Assembly: GCF_009914755.1 (NCBI RefSeq) | Contig: NC_060925.1 | Origin: the human T2T-CHM13v2.0 reference genome, Homo sapiens | Strand: one strand, 5' to 3' | DNA: 64,000 nucleotides | Part shown: piece after piece, positions 46,411-60,019 of the stretch | How the letters are laid out: the number at the start of each line of letters is the position of its first letter | How positions within the stretch are numbered: position 1 is the stretch's first letter | Notes under the pieces: generated by a model | The model's input: the letters and a program-made list of their open reading frames with translations, nothing else | Told to the model about the DNA's origin: nothing | The model's database searches: none | Made by a program: the position numbers and the translations under genes

Positions 46411-46637
46411 AGTCACGCGCCAGCTCCAGGCCCCTGGTCGGAGGGGTGGTCTCGGGGAGGGTGGATAGCACACGGCTCTTGCTAACACCTCTGGGGCTGG
46501 GTCAGCAGCAGGAGGCCCAGGCCTGGGCCGTAGCCCAAATCCACCATAATCTCAGCTGGGGACAGAGAGGGTGTGGGGAGCCCAGTTCTCCATCAGCTCA
46601 AAGGGAGGTCCTCAAAGAGAGACTTCCTCAAAGATAC

Positions 46638-46650
46638 CTCGGAATATCAT
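46638..46650 (-). CDS. RSPO1: RSPO1 alternative start (MIFRV-SAEGSQ...), isoform without signal peptide
   Basis: ATG ATA TTC CGA G|GTATC; phase-1 donor is in frame with the FU1 exon; agrees with my recollection of a short RSPO1 isoform N-terminus. Confidence 0.7.
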
Positions 46651-49033
46651 ATGAGAGATCTTTTTGTCACGTCAGCAGGGACTACTCCAAAAACCAACCT
46701 GTCAGGGAAGGAGAAAGAAGGGTTAATTCTGTAGTACCATGAACACTCCCACTTATGCCTCCTGCCCTACCCAGAAGACTGGGAGCTCAAAATGTTTGGA
46801 CATTACAAGTTACCTACCTAGCACCTTTCTAGAAGAAATCTGCTCCTTTTCCTGTCTTACAGAATTCCCTAACCTGGGACCGGAGCCGGCAACCTGTGTA
46901 GCCAGAATATGGCAGACATTCAAACCAAACTTGTGGATCACTGATGATTTCTCAATAACGGGAGCCAGCTGGTCCCACCCCTGCTTCATGTTGTCCAGCT
47001 CTAACTGGAAGTCCTTCCTTAAGTCTACCCTACAGACCTCATGCTGCAGTAGTATCCTGTCTCTTGAAGAGGAGCTCTCTCTCTCTCTGTCCTTGCATGA
47101 GTGACCCCTCAGCCTTTTCTTCCCGGGGCTGAGTCACCCATGTGCCTTTCACCTGTCCTGGAGTTAGAGCAGTGGCCCCCGGCAAGCTGGCAGACCCTGC
47201 CTGGCCCTCTGGGCTTGGCGGGAGAAAAGGAAGTAAGGCTTCCCCCGGCCACAGAAACTCTGACACAGCAGGCCCGGCGGGCCTGGCCTTTGTGAGAGGA
47301 TAAAAGAGGCAGCAATGCCCGCCCTGGCCAGAGACACAGAGAATGGGGATAATCCCCCAGCCCAGCGAGAGCCAGGTCTCTGGACCCGCTGGCCGGCTGG
47401 GGTGATGGGGGCAGGGGAGCCGGTCCCTCCCCTGATCAGATGTGTCTGGGAAGTTGGACATCTGAGCCCAACCTGGGAGTGAGAATGAAAACCCTCCTTC
47501 CCCATCACGGGATCACACACATGCTCTGATGCTCTCAAGGTTCTTCCACAGCAGCGGCCTGCCCACGCACACCCCACACTCCCCCACACACACCCACACC
47601 ACAACAGAGCATGCAGGCCAATAGCACAGAGTCTCTGTAGATGCCAGGGAGCCATCACCTTCCCCTCCAGTGGCTAGATGCCTTCGAACAAGTCATGTAG
47701 CCTCACTGAACCTGTTTCACATCTATAAAATGGGGACAAGCATGACTATGTCACAGGCTAGCTGAGAGTCAGAGAGTTCAGGCTCAGGAATGAGAAATCT
47801 GAGGTGCTGGAGTGGAGGTGCCCCTCCCACCCCCTGTCCTAATCCTTTCCCCTCTAGGCTCTTCAGTGCCAGTCCACCCCCTCGCCTGTCAGGGAGGCCC
47901 CAGCAGAGCCCACCTGCACGGGAGATAAATCATTATCCCCTAAGGGAGTTCAGTACCTCCCTCCTTGGCCTCTCCCGCTGGCTTTGAAGGCCAGACACAC
48001 TCAAGTGGTTAAGCTGCCTGTGAGAAGTGTTTACATGAGGCTGATGGATCCCACCTGGTGCTGTGGCCTGAGCCAGAGGAGATGCCCCCAGCTACCCCCA
48101 AATGCCCGTCAGCTGCCAACCCCTGCACGCCCCTCCAGTACTCCCTGCCTGATTTACCAAAGCCTTTCTATCCTCCCCAGCCCCCACTACACAATTCTCT
48201 CACCCACAGATTATAGATGTCCAGTTGAGTTTATCAAACTGGGGTCTTCTGGCCCAAGTCTGTAGTCTCAGAGGCTGGCTGTACAGCATGATAGTCACGG
48301 GCATAAACTTCAGAGTCAGACTGCCTGGATTTGAATATTGGTTCTGCTACTTATTAGCTATGTTACCTTGCTTAGCTGGTCTGAGCCTGTTTTCTTATCT
48401 GCATGAAGGTTATTGTTGTTTATAACTTAAATGAGTTAATACACAAAACTGCTTAGAATGGTGCTGGCACACAGTGATGACTCAATAATATTTGCTGTAT
48501 TTGTTATGACCAAAGCTTCACTTTGTGTCTACATTCTAATAATCATTCAAAAGGCAATATGAACATGTTCTGTATCATCTGGATACTAACCTTAATACTG
48601 AGTACTGTTATGCAATTTCCATATTTGCATTTATCTTTATGGTTGATTGCCTCGACACCAAAGCGATCACTCAGAGTGATAGGATTTGCCTTTAATTGCA
48701 GCATTTCTCAAACTAAGGTCTGAGAATCCCTGGTAGATCTGTTCCATGAGTCCTTACAGTTGACAAACACTGCATTAGACAAACTTGGTGTTAACCCTGG
48801 ATCTGAAAGACTTTGGACTCACTGCGTGATCAATATCCCTGGGGTTTTTTGGGGCACAAAATGTCCCCTATGCATCTCTGCATTCCTTGTGCCAACCTGT
48901 CATGGTGCCTGGCAATTGAGGGTGAGTGCTCGGCAAATGTTAGCTCCCTTCTTTTTCCTCCCTCTCCTCTCCCTCTAAATTCCTTCTCAATCCTCCCAGG
49001 TCCTAGTTTTCAGCTGACCCCTGCCACACTCAC

Positions 49034-49100
49034 CCAGTCCTTGCCAGCGGTGATCTTCTGGCCCACTCCCACCTGAATCACCAGGAAACCACAATCTCAG
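49034..49100 (-). other. RSPO1: RSPO1 non-coding 5' exon (67 nt)
   Basis: ccttaccattttccag| acceptor and TGG|GTGAGT donor in unique sequence between exon 1 and the first coding exon. Confidence 0.75.
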
Positions 49101-50299
49101 CTGGAAAATGGTAAGGAGGATCCAGATGTAAATTTCACTGAAGCAAGTGACACTGGCCTCCCCCACCTCTGGGATGGGAAGAGTTGCAAGCACTTTTTGA
49201 AAAGGTACATATAGAATCAACCCTGTAAAGGGGCTAAGAGTTCCTCTATACCGGGGGTACAAATGACATATATGATTGAAGCTGGATGTGGAGGGGGTAA
49301 ACTGGAGGGTAAATGCCCCATCTAAAGGGAGCATATGCCGTTCAGCTCTGACTGATTGTTGAAAGATCTTCTGATTTTCTAAAAGAGGAGTGGAAAATCC
49401 AGGATCTTACATGAAATCTGATTTGAAATGCTGGACAGGTCTCGGACTAGGAACCCTGCAGCACCAAGCCTCAGAGGGCCACAGGTCCCTGCCTCAGTGG
49501 CTCCACATTCCTGCATCTAGTCCCTGACCCCATATGCGCACACACAGGCATGCACTCTTGCAGACATGGACAGCATGGGCTAGGGCTGAGAGAGGAGATA
49601 TGAGCTGATGACTCCCTTTTAAGCAGGCTGCTTCATTTCTTTTAGAGTCCTCTGTCTGATTTCCTTTGAGCCATGGGCTATATGGCACTGGCAGTTTATG
49701 TTTTTGAGGCTCACTCTACACAGATAGAATGGGGACTGCTGGCAGTGCCTCAGGTTATTGGTGGGGGTAAGAAAGGGCATTTCTCTCTGCCACTGTGGGG
49801 GTGAGGGATTCACACTTGTTAGATGCCTCCCTCCACCTGCCATGTGCCAGGTCTTCGTTTACTCCTCACAATGGAAGGAGGAAGGTAGAATTATTTCCAT
49901 TTTACAGGGGAAGAGACCTGGCCCTGAGTGGTTAAGTGTCCCAGGGGTTACAGACCCAGTTAGGGACCTGCCCTCAGGTTTGCTACCCAGGACTGGGTGT
50001 GGGGAGGGCGGGGCAACCCGCTGGGAGCTGCTGAGTGTGGGGCACAACCCAGCTTGGGGAGTGGACCTGCAAAGTGGGGACGGGGCTGGTGGCAGAGGCA
50101 GAGCTGAGAAGGGAGACCAAAGCGAGAGGCCACAAGGGCCTCGGAGGGGAGTATACAGGTTGGGGAGGGGGACACAGCTGGAGGTGGAGCTGAGGGCAGA
50201 AACTCAGCCCCGGGAGGGGGCTGGAATCACTTTCACCTTCTTGCCTGCAATACCGTCAGAATAAAGTGGTACTCCATCAGGGGCCCGATACAGACCCAA

Positions 50300-51950
50300 A
50301 AATGTAAACTATCTAGATAATTTCGCATTAGCCCTCCCCGGGCCGGGCTACAGGCTGGAGAGTTTTGGCCGCCCAGCAGGCTGGCAGGCGGGGGCAGAAG
50401 AATTGCGGGCGGGGGGCGGGACAAAGTATGTGCCTGTCCGACCTGTCGGGATTAGCCTGTCTGTCGGAGCCAAGCCAGGTGCTGGGGCCGTGCCCCCCCT
50501 CCAAAAGCAAGGGCAGCGGAGGATGGCTTCTTCACCCCTCCATCACCCCCGCAAGCGCGCACATTCTTCTTCCCTCCCCCACCATCCCGCAGAGGCCCCA
50601 ACAGGTGCCGAGGGAGACGCGGACCTGAGGTTCCCCTGGCTGGCCCTCAAGAGCCAAGAGAGCTGTCCACGTCTGAGAGGCCAGTTTCACAAGAAAACTC
50701 CTGCCCCCAAGCACACTCACTCCAAGTCTGTCCCGGCCCTCCAGGGAGTCCCGGGCGAACATAGCCCCCACCTCTCCCCAACTAAGCGATACCATCGGTT
50801 CCTGAGCGCCAGACCCCGAGGGCCAGGGAGCCGCGCCACTTCGCTGCGCACCGGGGGCCGCAGCGCATGCCGCCTGCCACGTCGAACCCAGGCCCAGGCT
50901 GCGGACTGGGGTGGGGGTCACCAGAGACCGTGGGACTTGGGGGAATCCGAGCCAATGAGCCCCAGGATCAAGAACTTCTGGATTGGAGGCGGGGTATAAA
51001 CAGGGCTGGTGGACTTGGGGAATTCAGGACTGCGAGTGAGGATGATCACCCGGGGCTGCGGGATGGAGGGGAGTTCGAGGGGAAGAGGCTGCCTGCTGGA
51101 TTGAGGGCCGACGGGGGCGGCAGACTTGCAGGAAGGGTGCAGGAGGTGCCCTGTCCTGATCGCCGACCGGAGAGCGATCAGACTCCCCTTCCTTTCTGTC
51201 TCCCCCCACGCACCCAGCTAGAACCAGCCCCGACGGGAGGGCCCGCCGCGCCCCAGCTCCCGGGGAAGGGGGCGCTGGGGAGAAGGATGGGGCAGCTACG
51301 AGGGGACTCACCTTCGTGCTGCCAGTCGCGACGGGGGCAGGCCCGGGAGGGGCGAGGGCGCGGCCCGCTCACCCGCCCGCTGCGGGACTGTCCTGGGCGC
51401 CCGGCTCGCCTGCGCTCCGCCCGCCCGTTCCCAAGTTGCTCAATCTGCGGACGGCTCACGCCCTCGGGGCCAGCGCCCCACCCGGCGCATCGGTCCTCCG
51501 GGGCGGCTCGGAGCTGCCCTCGTTCTCCGCAGCACCCGAGCGGATGCCCTACTCTGGCCGGTCGCTCCGGGCTCTCTGCCCTGCGCTGGTGCTCTCCGTC
51601 GCGCCTCCGCTCGGCCGGAGCTCCCAGCCCGGAGAGGGGCCAGTCCTCTGCGAGCACCAGGGAGGGAATCCCCCCCTTCGCAGTCCCCCCCGCGAGCCGG
51701 CCCCCCTTCCAGGGATCCGCAAGAAAAAATGGACTGGAGCGCCGGCCCGGGAGTCCACACGTCCTTGCCCGAAGCTGGCGCTCTGCGCTCCGAGCGCGGG
51801 GCTGGCGGAGGGACAAGTCCCCAGGACCCTGGGGCAGACCTTCTGCTTTTGTCCCCTGCCCCTCCCCGCGCCCCGGGGATTCCACGCAGCCAGAGAACCC
51901 GCAACAACTCCGCTCATCTTGGCGTCAGAACGCGGCCGGAGACCCTCATG
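50300..51950. promoter_or_regulatory. RSPO1: RSPO1 CpG island / promoter
   Basis: Very GC- and CpG-rich stretch covering exon 1 and the start of intron 1. Confidence 0.88.
51312..51700 (-). other. RSPO1: RSPO1 non-coding exon 1 (5' end approximate)
   Basis: Consensus donor AAG|GTGAGT at 51312/51311 inside the CpG island; TSS cannot be fixed from sequence. Confidence 0.7.
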
Positions 51951-53546
51951 AAAACCCCAGTTTCCCCATCAGGAACCTGGAAAGTGACAAGGAACAGGCT
52001 CCACAGAGCCTGGTGGTCTTGACCACACCCTCTCCCCCTTCAGGGTCAAATCTTCTGTGCATCTTCCCAGTTCAGAAGAAATACCAAGGCTATCAGATCC
52101 TGGGCACCGAGGTGAGGACACCTCCAGAGGCAGCTGGTAGGTGACAGTGAGGGAGATCATACAATAACACTTAGATTCATGTCTGGCTCTATCACTTACC
52201 AGCTGTGTGGTCATGCCTAGGTTACTGAACCTCTCTGAATCGCAAGGCTTCATCTGTTCTGAGGGTTCAATGAAATGAAGGCTACAAACTTCTGGTTAAT
52301 GGTGGGAACCCCATACATGTTTGTGGAATGAGTCTTGAACGGCTACAGACACCTGCAGTGACCCAGATGATGTTGAAGTCAAGCCCGAAGAAGGGAGGGA
52401 AGGAGACTCACTTCTTAGAGTGACAAACAGCTGTTCTCCAGCTTCACTTCAGATTGGGAAAGGAAAATGGGCTAAAACTGTAGTTAGTGGGAGTTAAGCT
52501 AGAGCAGAAAAGATGTACTGATTGTGTGTGTGTATAGGGGGGGTGAGTAATCAAGACAGGCTGTGGAATCTCCCTCTTAGGAGAGAAGGGGGGAGCCCTG
52601 ACTATTGAGTTAAGGGCACAGGGTCGTTTACAATGACAGGAGGATGGATGTAATGACCCCTAGAGTGTCCCAATGGCCAGGGAACAGGGATGGTGGATAG
52701 CCAGAGAAAGTGGAGCAGTTGGGTCCGAAATGCCCAGTGTCTGGGTTCATTCAGCCAGAGCATTGCCAAGTTTGCAGGAGGCAAACAGTCATTTCCGAGT
52801 TGGTCCAGGGGCCCCCTCCAACCTCCAACCCCCACTCAAGTCCCTCCTCTCTCACCTCTGCCCTGAGCCTTCCCTGCGTCTAACCGGCCCTTGGCTATGC
52901 TCTGTGTCTAATCAAACAGCCCCAAATGCCGAAAACTCAATGTTTATTTTATTTTATTTTTTTACACACTTGCATAACTCTCTGACAAGCCACGCCAGGC
53001 ATTGGGCTTTTTGTTTGGTTTTATTTTGTTGCATTTAGGAAAAAAAAGAGGGAGAGAGAGAGAAAAGAGAAGAAATAACACAAACCACACAGCCCTAGAA
53101 GCTGTCCTAGGCCAGGCAGTGGGCTCGGGTTTCCTGCCTGAGGAAAAGTCTGTGGAAGTTGGGGGGCCTCGTTACTAGGCTCAGGAATGAGTGAGAAAGG
53201 GAAGAAAGCCACCTGGGTGACAGAAGATAACGAATTAGAACCATGTGACAATAATGGGTGAATAAGAAAGAATGTTTCTTGTGCACCTAATGTATGCCAA
53301 GCACTGTGTTTTGCACATATATTCTGTTACCTAATTTCGCAACTATTGTAGTTCCTTTCTTTTTTCCTTTTTTCCCATAAATGTAAATTCTGATCCTCAG
53401 AGACGCCAAGTCAATTGCTCAGAGACACACAGCCTGCAAGTGGCCAGCCCAGTTCAGGTTATGCCAAATGAGTTGTTTCCCTGGGAAAGCTGTGTTGCTC
53501 TAAATTTGCATATGCTGTTCATTCTGCTTAGAAATGTCTTTTTCTC

Positions 53547-53871
<325 letters not shown>

Positions 53872-54130
53872 TCAAAAGGCCTGTATGAAGTTTAGCCTGA
53901 CCACCTCGAAAGTCAGCCTCCAAACCTTGTGTAGACCTGTACACCACCCATCATTGGCCAATGATGGTCTCTTCCACTGCAGTGAGTTCCTAAGGAACTG
54001 GGAGGATGTTCACAGACAAAAGCAGAACTCTGTCCGCACGGAAGAAGGGCTTTTGGATTGGAAACTACTGGCATCTGTGATCATTACTGTTACTCTAGAA
54101 AAAGCTGACTTTGTTACTGTCAATTTATAG

Positions 54131-54507
<377 letters not shown>

Positions 54508-54534
54508 AGATCTTGTCATCCTTTCTTTCATTGA

Positions 54535-55400
54535 GGCAATATAGCATAACAGCTAAGTGCATGGACACTAGTATCGGCCGAGTTTGAAGCCCATCTCTAC
54601 CACTGACTAGCTTAATGTCCTTGGGCAAGTCACTTCACCTCCCTAAGCCTCAGTTTCCTCATCTGTTAAATACATATAGTAACAGTATTAACCCACCACA
54701 GTTCTTACAGGGATGACATAAGATAATGCATTTAAAGAGCTTGGCACAATGTTAGGAATTATAGTAAGTACTTAGTACATGCTGGCTCTTCTTATTAGCT
54801 ATAATTTGGTCAGTGCCTTTATTAGATATCAACCAAGCACTATTGTATCCCAGGCACAGGGCTGGAAATGGAGGATAGAGAAATGAGTATCACACTGTCT
54901 TCCTAAGGAACTCCTGGTTTAGTGAGGAAGGCCGACTCAAGAGCCTGGTGAAAGGGTAAATGAGGTAGAGTGGTGGGACAAAATAAGGGGTGACTGTGAC
55001 TCCTTGAGGGAATCTGAGAAGGCTTCTCCAGGGAAGAAATGCTTGAAAGATTTATTGGCATTTTCTAGGCACATGTGATCAAAAGGCATTCCAGGCAGAG
55101 GGAATGGCAGGTGCAAAGGCCCGGAGGCCTGCTGCATCGTGGTGCCCTTAGTGCTATAAGTAGTTCTGCTTCGTGGGGATTTCGGATGAGAGAGGTGAGG
55201 CGGGGAAGAGGGCAGCAGATGGGGTGCTTCCAAAAGGACCTTATGGTACCAGGCCAAAGAGCAGGAAATTTACCTTGAGGGCAAGGGCAGCCCCTGAGTG
55301 TTGATGAGGCAGAAAGGCAGGACCAGAGTTGTGCTTTAGGAGTGTCTTGCAGCTCTGGTGAAGGCTGAATTTGAAGAGGCGAGACTGAAGGGAGTGAGGA
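54535..55400. mobile_element. MIR (+, ~54535-54790) followed by an L2 fragment (-)
   Basis: cctcagtttcctcatctgt; ggcattccaggcagagggaatggcaggtgcaaaggccc. Confidence 0.7.
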
Positions 55401-56904
55401 GCCCCAGTGAGCAGTAATAAAGTAGATCATTCCCAAGAACACTGCCCAGCTCTTCCTTGTTCCTTTCTCTCCACTTTCCTCCCAGGGGGTCTGCTGTGTC
55501 CTCTGGAAGCCCCATACCAGCAGAAACACACTTCTCAGATTCTCTACCTTGTTGTGAGTGAGTTCAGGCTCCTTTAACACACACCAGGGACGCCATCCCC
55601 TTTGCCCAACAAAGTCTGGCAATACCACTCATTCTCCTGCACGAGGGTGTGGCATCTGCCTCATTCCACACCGCCCCCCTGCCCTCCCTTTTGTAACTGT
55701 TCCTCCTGTTCTACCTCCCTGCTCTCTTCACCTGAGTTATTTCCCCCATGCCCTGCTGTGCTTTCTTTGCTCACACAGGACCCTGGCATCTGTCTCGAGG
55801 TCCTCTTCTCTGTGGCAGACTCAAGCATCACGTTGGGGACCTCGTTCTCTATGTCAGTGCTACGCCCAACACCTCTGGGACCTCCTGGACCAGGTCGATA
55901 CTCTTGTCCACTCCACTTTGGCCTCCCATTCACATGGCCACCCCCTCTTGACCTCACCCAAATTACTCCATCCCTGAAATCATAGGCTTCAAGATCCTCA
56001 GACCCCCCACTCTAACCTTCTGCTCCCAATCTCTCATGCCCTTCCTTCTAATTCAGATTCTTGGCGTTTCACCTGCCCGATAACGATTTCTGCACTGGCC
56101 TTGCCTCAACATCTCAACTGCCCCACAAACCCCCTGCCAGTTCCTGCTGAGCTCCTCTGGACAGTCCCCCAGCTACCTGAGACAGTGCCACTGCAAATCC
56201 ACAGCCAGCCTCCACTGGGGCTTCAGCAAGCCCACGGATGACCGTGCAGACTTCCCCTTCCAGCCTCTCCCAGCCTCTCACTCCGTCCCAGCCCCCATCA
56301 TCAAGCAGCTAAGATGGCCAAGAGTGGCCCCTTCAACTCCCTGCTCCTAAAACTAAACTCTTGGGCCCTGCACAGAACCTCTTTCTCCCCAGTTTTTCTC
56401 CTTGGAAACAGCGATGAAACTGATAAAGCAAGAAACTGGGAGTTGTTTTGCATTCTTCTCTCTCACCTCCCACATCCACTCTACTGGCAAATTCTGTTGG
56501 ATCTGCCCCCAGAAACTTTCCTGCTTTAAGCCAATTTTGCCGCTTACCTGGACAATTGTTAGTGTCCCTTCCAGGTTGCCCCACTCCCACTCTGTCCCCC
56601 ACCAACACAGGCTTCACACAGTAGCCAGAGTAAATTAACAATTATAAAGCAGGTCCCATCATTTACTCCCCTGCTTAAACCTTCCAGTGATTTTCCATCA
56701 CACTTAGAACCAAATTCAAACACCATCCCTTATAAGGCTACATCCCTCCAGCTTCATACATCGCCTCTCTCTTGGCTTCAGCCCTACCAGGCTTCTTTCA
56801 GTTCTTTGGTAATTCCAGACTCTTTCTCATCTCAGGGCCTTTGCACAGGTTCTCTGCCATCTTGCCCTTCCCATAGCTCTTCATATGGGGCATTTCTTTT
56901 CTTC

Positions 56905-57469
56905 CTTTTTTTTTTTTGGATTAAAAATTTTTTTTAATAGAGGCGGGGGTCTCACTATATTGCCCAGGCTGATCTCGAACTCCTGGGCTCAAGCAATCCT
57001 CTCATCTTGGCCTCCCAAAGTGCTGGGATTATAGGTGTGAGCCACTGTGCCTAGCCTCTTTTCTTCCTTCCAATCTCCACTTAAAAATTATTCTGTTAGA
57101 AGGGCCTTCCCTGACCTCTCCATCTGAGTAGCTCCCCCATTATTTCATATCACAGCTTCCTTTCTGTTGTAGTGTATGTTGTATTTGTTTGTTGGTTTTA
57201 TTTTGGTTTTAGAGACAGGGTCTCACTCTGTTACTGAGGCTGGAGTGCAGCGGCACAATCATAGCTCATTCTTCCACCTCAGCCTCCCAAGTAGCTGAGA
57301 CTACAGGTACGTGTCACAATGCCCAAAATGTAAAAAAAAAAATTTTACATTTTTTTTTTTTTGTAAAGATGGTGTCTTACTGTGTTGCTCAGGCTGGTCT
57401 TGAACTCCTGGCCTCAAGACCAATCCCACCTTGGCACTGGGATTACAGGCATGAGCCACCATGCCTGGC
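56905..57469 (-). mobile_element. Alu monomer (56905-57056) and degenerate AluJ (57200-57469)
   Basis: Antisense Alu motifs. Confidence 0.85.
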
Positions 57470-57899
57470 CCTATTTTGCGTTTTGTAGCCATTTATTTGC
57501 ATGCTTCTGTACTAGACTCCAGTTCCCAATCCTTCCATGTGAAAGAGCCCCCTTCCTTGCCACAGTTCTCACTCTCCCTGCATGATCCATGGCTAAGGTC
57601 ACCAAAAACCTCCTTATCACCGCATTCTGTGGTTCCTTTGTCTTCCTCCTTCTCTATCCCTCTGCAATTCTTGACACCTCCACCTTCTTGGAATGCTTCT
57701 CTCCACTGTCCTGGTTCCTGTTTCCTTGTATATCTGTCCACCTCCCCTCCTAGCCCTTAACTGTGGACAAACCCAGGGTGATTCCCCGCCATCTGCCTTT
57801 CTTGTCAACCATGAACTAATATAGCTAAAAAGCACAATGCCCAATAGTAAGAAAAGTAAGTGTCAAGTTGGCTAGGCCATGGGAAAAAAACATTATGCT

Positions 57900-58225
57900 T
57901 TTTGTTTCTCTGCAAGTATTTTTTCAATGGGATTAATACTGAAATCAGTAGACTTTGAGTAAAGCAGATTACCTTGCATAATGTGGGTGGGCCTTAACCA
58001 ATCAGATGAAGGCCATAAGAGGAAAAGACTGAACTCCCCTGAGCAAGAAGAAATTCTGCCTTTGGACTTGAACTGCAACACCAGCTCTTCCCTGGGTCTC
58101 CAACCTGCCAACCTATCCCTGCAGATTTTGGACTTGCCAGCCTTTACACTCATGCGAGCCAATTCCTTAAAATTTAATCTCTCTTTCTCATTGGCTCTGT
58201 TTCTCTGGAGAACCCTGACTAATAG
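57900..58225 (+). mobile_element. MLT2-type (ERVL) solo LTR fragment
   Basis: gactttgagtaaagcagattacc...aatgtgggtgggcc...ctctggagaaccctgactaata. Confidence 0.8.
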
Positions 58226-58713
58226 AGGAGGTGCTAAATAAATCTTAACTTAAAAAATCCCAAACTCTTTCCTTAGTGAAATCTTTCTCACAGATCCATA
58301 TATGTTGGGTCTGAGAGTCAGGACACCCAAGTTCTAGTTCCAGGTCTGCCACTTGCTGGCTTGATGATCTTATCCAACTCCCCCGACATCTGTAAACCTG
58401 CTCCTCCCTCAGTCTTTCCCATCTCCATAAACAGCATCTCCAGCCATCCAGATAATCAGATTAAAACCCCAAGAAGTAATTCTTCTAGATTGCTATCTTT
58501 CCTTTATTCGCCATGCCTGATCATCAGCAAATTGTTTCGCTTCCACCTCCAGAATGGATCCATGTGTCAGACTCCATCACCTGGTCCAAGCACCACTGTC
58601 GCCTGCCTGGGTGATGCCTCAGACTCGTTGCTTATCTTCCAGCTTCCGTTTTGCCCCCACAATCCACAGCAGCCAGGGTGAATTTTTAGAAATATAGATC
58701 AGATCATAGCACT

Positions 58714-59146
58714 TGTACTGGTTTCCTATTGCTGCTATAACAAATTATAACATAGTTGCTCCAAATAACACAGGCTTATTATTTTACAGTTCTAGAGGCC
58801 AGAAGTCTAAAATAGGTTGTTAGGGCTGCATTCCTTCCAGATACCTTGGTAAGATGTTTCCTTGCCTTTTCCACCTTCTAGAAGCCACTTGCATTCCCTG
58901 GTTCACAGCCCCTTACTTGCATTCCTTTGACCTCCACTTCTGTCATCACATCTCCTCTGACTCTGACCCTCTTGTGCCCCTTTTATAAGGACCCTTGTGC
59001 TTCCACAGTGCCCACCCAGATAAGCCAAGATATTCTCCCCATCTCAAGCCTTAATAACATCTGCAAATCTCTTTGCCATGTGAGGTAACATATTCACAGG
59101 TTTGGGGGATTAGAAAGGAGACATCTTTGGAGGGCTGTCTACCACA
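58714..59146 (-). mobile_element. MLT1-type (MaLR) solo LTR
   Basis: tg...tttcctattgctgctataacaaatta...cagttctagaggccagaagtc...ctaccaca. Confidence 0.8.
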
Positions 59147-59511
59147 GCACTCTTAAATCCTTCCAGTGGTTCCGCATTGCTCTTAGAATTAAAGCCAGAC
59201 ATCTCACCTGACTTATAAAACCCTCAGGAACCTATTCCTGCTACCCCATTCTGCTCACCTTGGCCTCCTTGCTGTTCCTTGAGTGCATCAAACCTAATCC
59301 TGCCCAAAACTCTTTCTTTTGCTTTTCCTTCTGCTCTGAGTGCCCCCCTCCCAGATCTGCATGTGGCCTGCCTGCTCCTTTTTGTCCTTTAGGTCTCAGC
59401 TCAAGGGTCACTCCTCAGAGAGGCTTTCTGTTGTCTAAAGTAGCTCTAGTAGATCATTTCATATTGTTTCCTTCATAGTGCCTTATCTCTGCTTGACGTT
59501 TTCTTGTTCAC

Positions 59512-59745
59512 TGTAGATTGAGCATCTCTTATCCAGAATGCTTGGGACTAGAAGTGTTCCTGATTTCAGATTTGTATGGATTTTGGAATATTTGCATTTT
59601 GCTGGTTCAGAATTCCAAATCCAGAAATTGAAAATCCAAAATGCTCCATTGAGCATTTCCTTTGAACACCATGTCTGTGCTCAAAAAGTTTTGGATTTTG
59701 CAGCATTTTGGATTGCAGATTTTTGAATTTGTGATGCTCAACCTA
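59512..59745. mobile_element. Tigger4a/MER46-like MITE
   Basis: ttgagcatc ... gatgctcaa termini; aaaatccaaaatgctcca. Confidence 0.7.
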
Positions 59746-60019
59746 AATTTGTTTGTTGTCTGCCTGCTGCATAGGAATGCAGGCATCTTCAAAGCTGGGA
59801 CCTTGTCTCTCCTGAATCCCCAGCACTGGAATTTAGCCAGTATTTGCTGCTATGTCAACAAGCCCCAGTTTTCTCATTTTCCCAATGGGTATAATAATAC
59901 CTTTTTTTCTCATCAGGTTTCTTTGAGGAGCAAATGAAATAATAATAGCTACAGTTTTTAGTTGCCAATGATGAGTTAAGCACTGCACCAGGAACTTTAT
60001 GCTTAAGATGTGTTGTTCA

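Noticed and set aside
46597-46633. Three CTCAAAG repeats as TCF/LEF sites
   Set aside because: CTTTGAG departs from the CTTTG(A/T)(A/T) consensus; too weak to claim Wnt feedback.
46700-49030. Additional RSPO1 non-coding exon between 49034 and 46698
   Set aside because: Several weak donor and acceptor candidates near 47100-47460, but no pair could be supported from sequence alone.
50403-52144. Long overlapping ORFs on both strands (up to 425 aa)
   Set aside because: They lie in the RSPO1 CpG island, where stop codons are scarce; Pro/Arg/Gly-rich with no recognisable domain.
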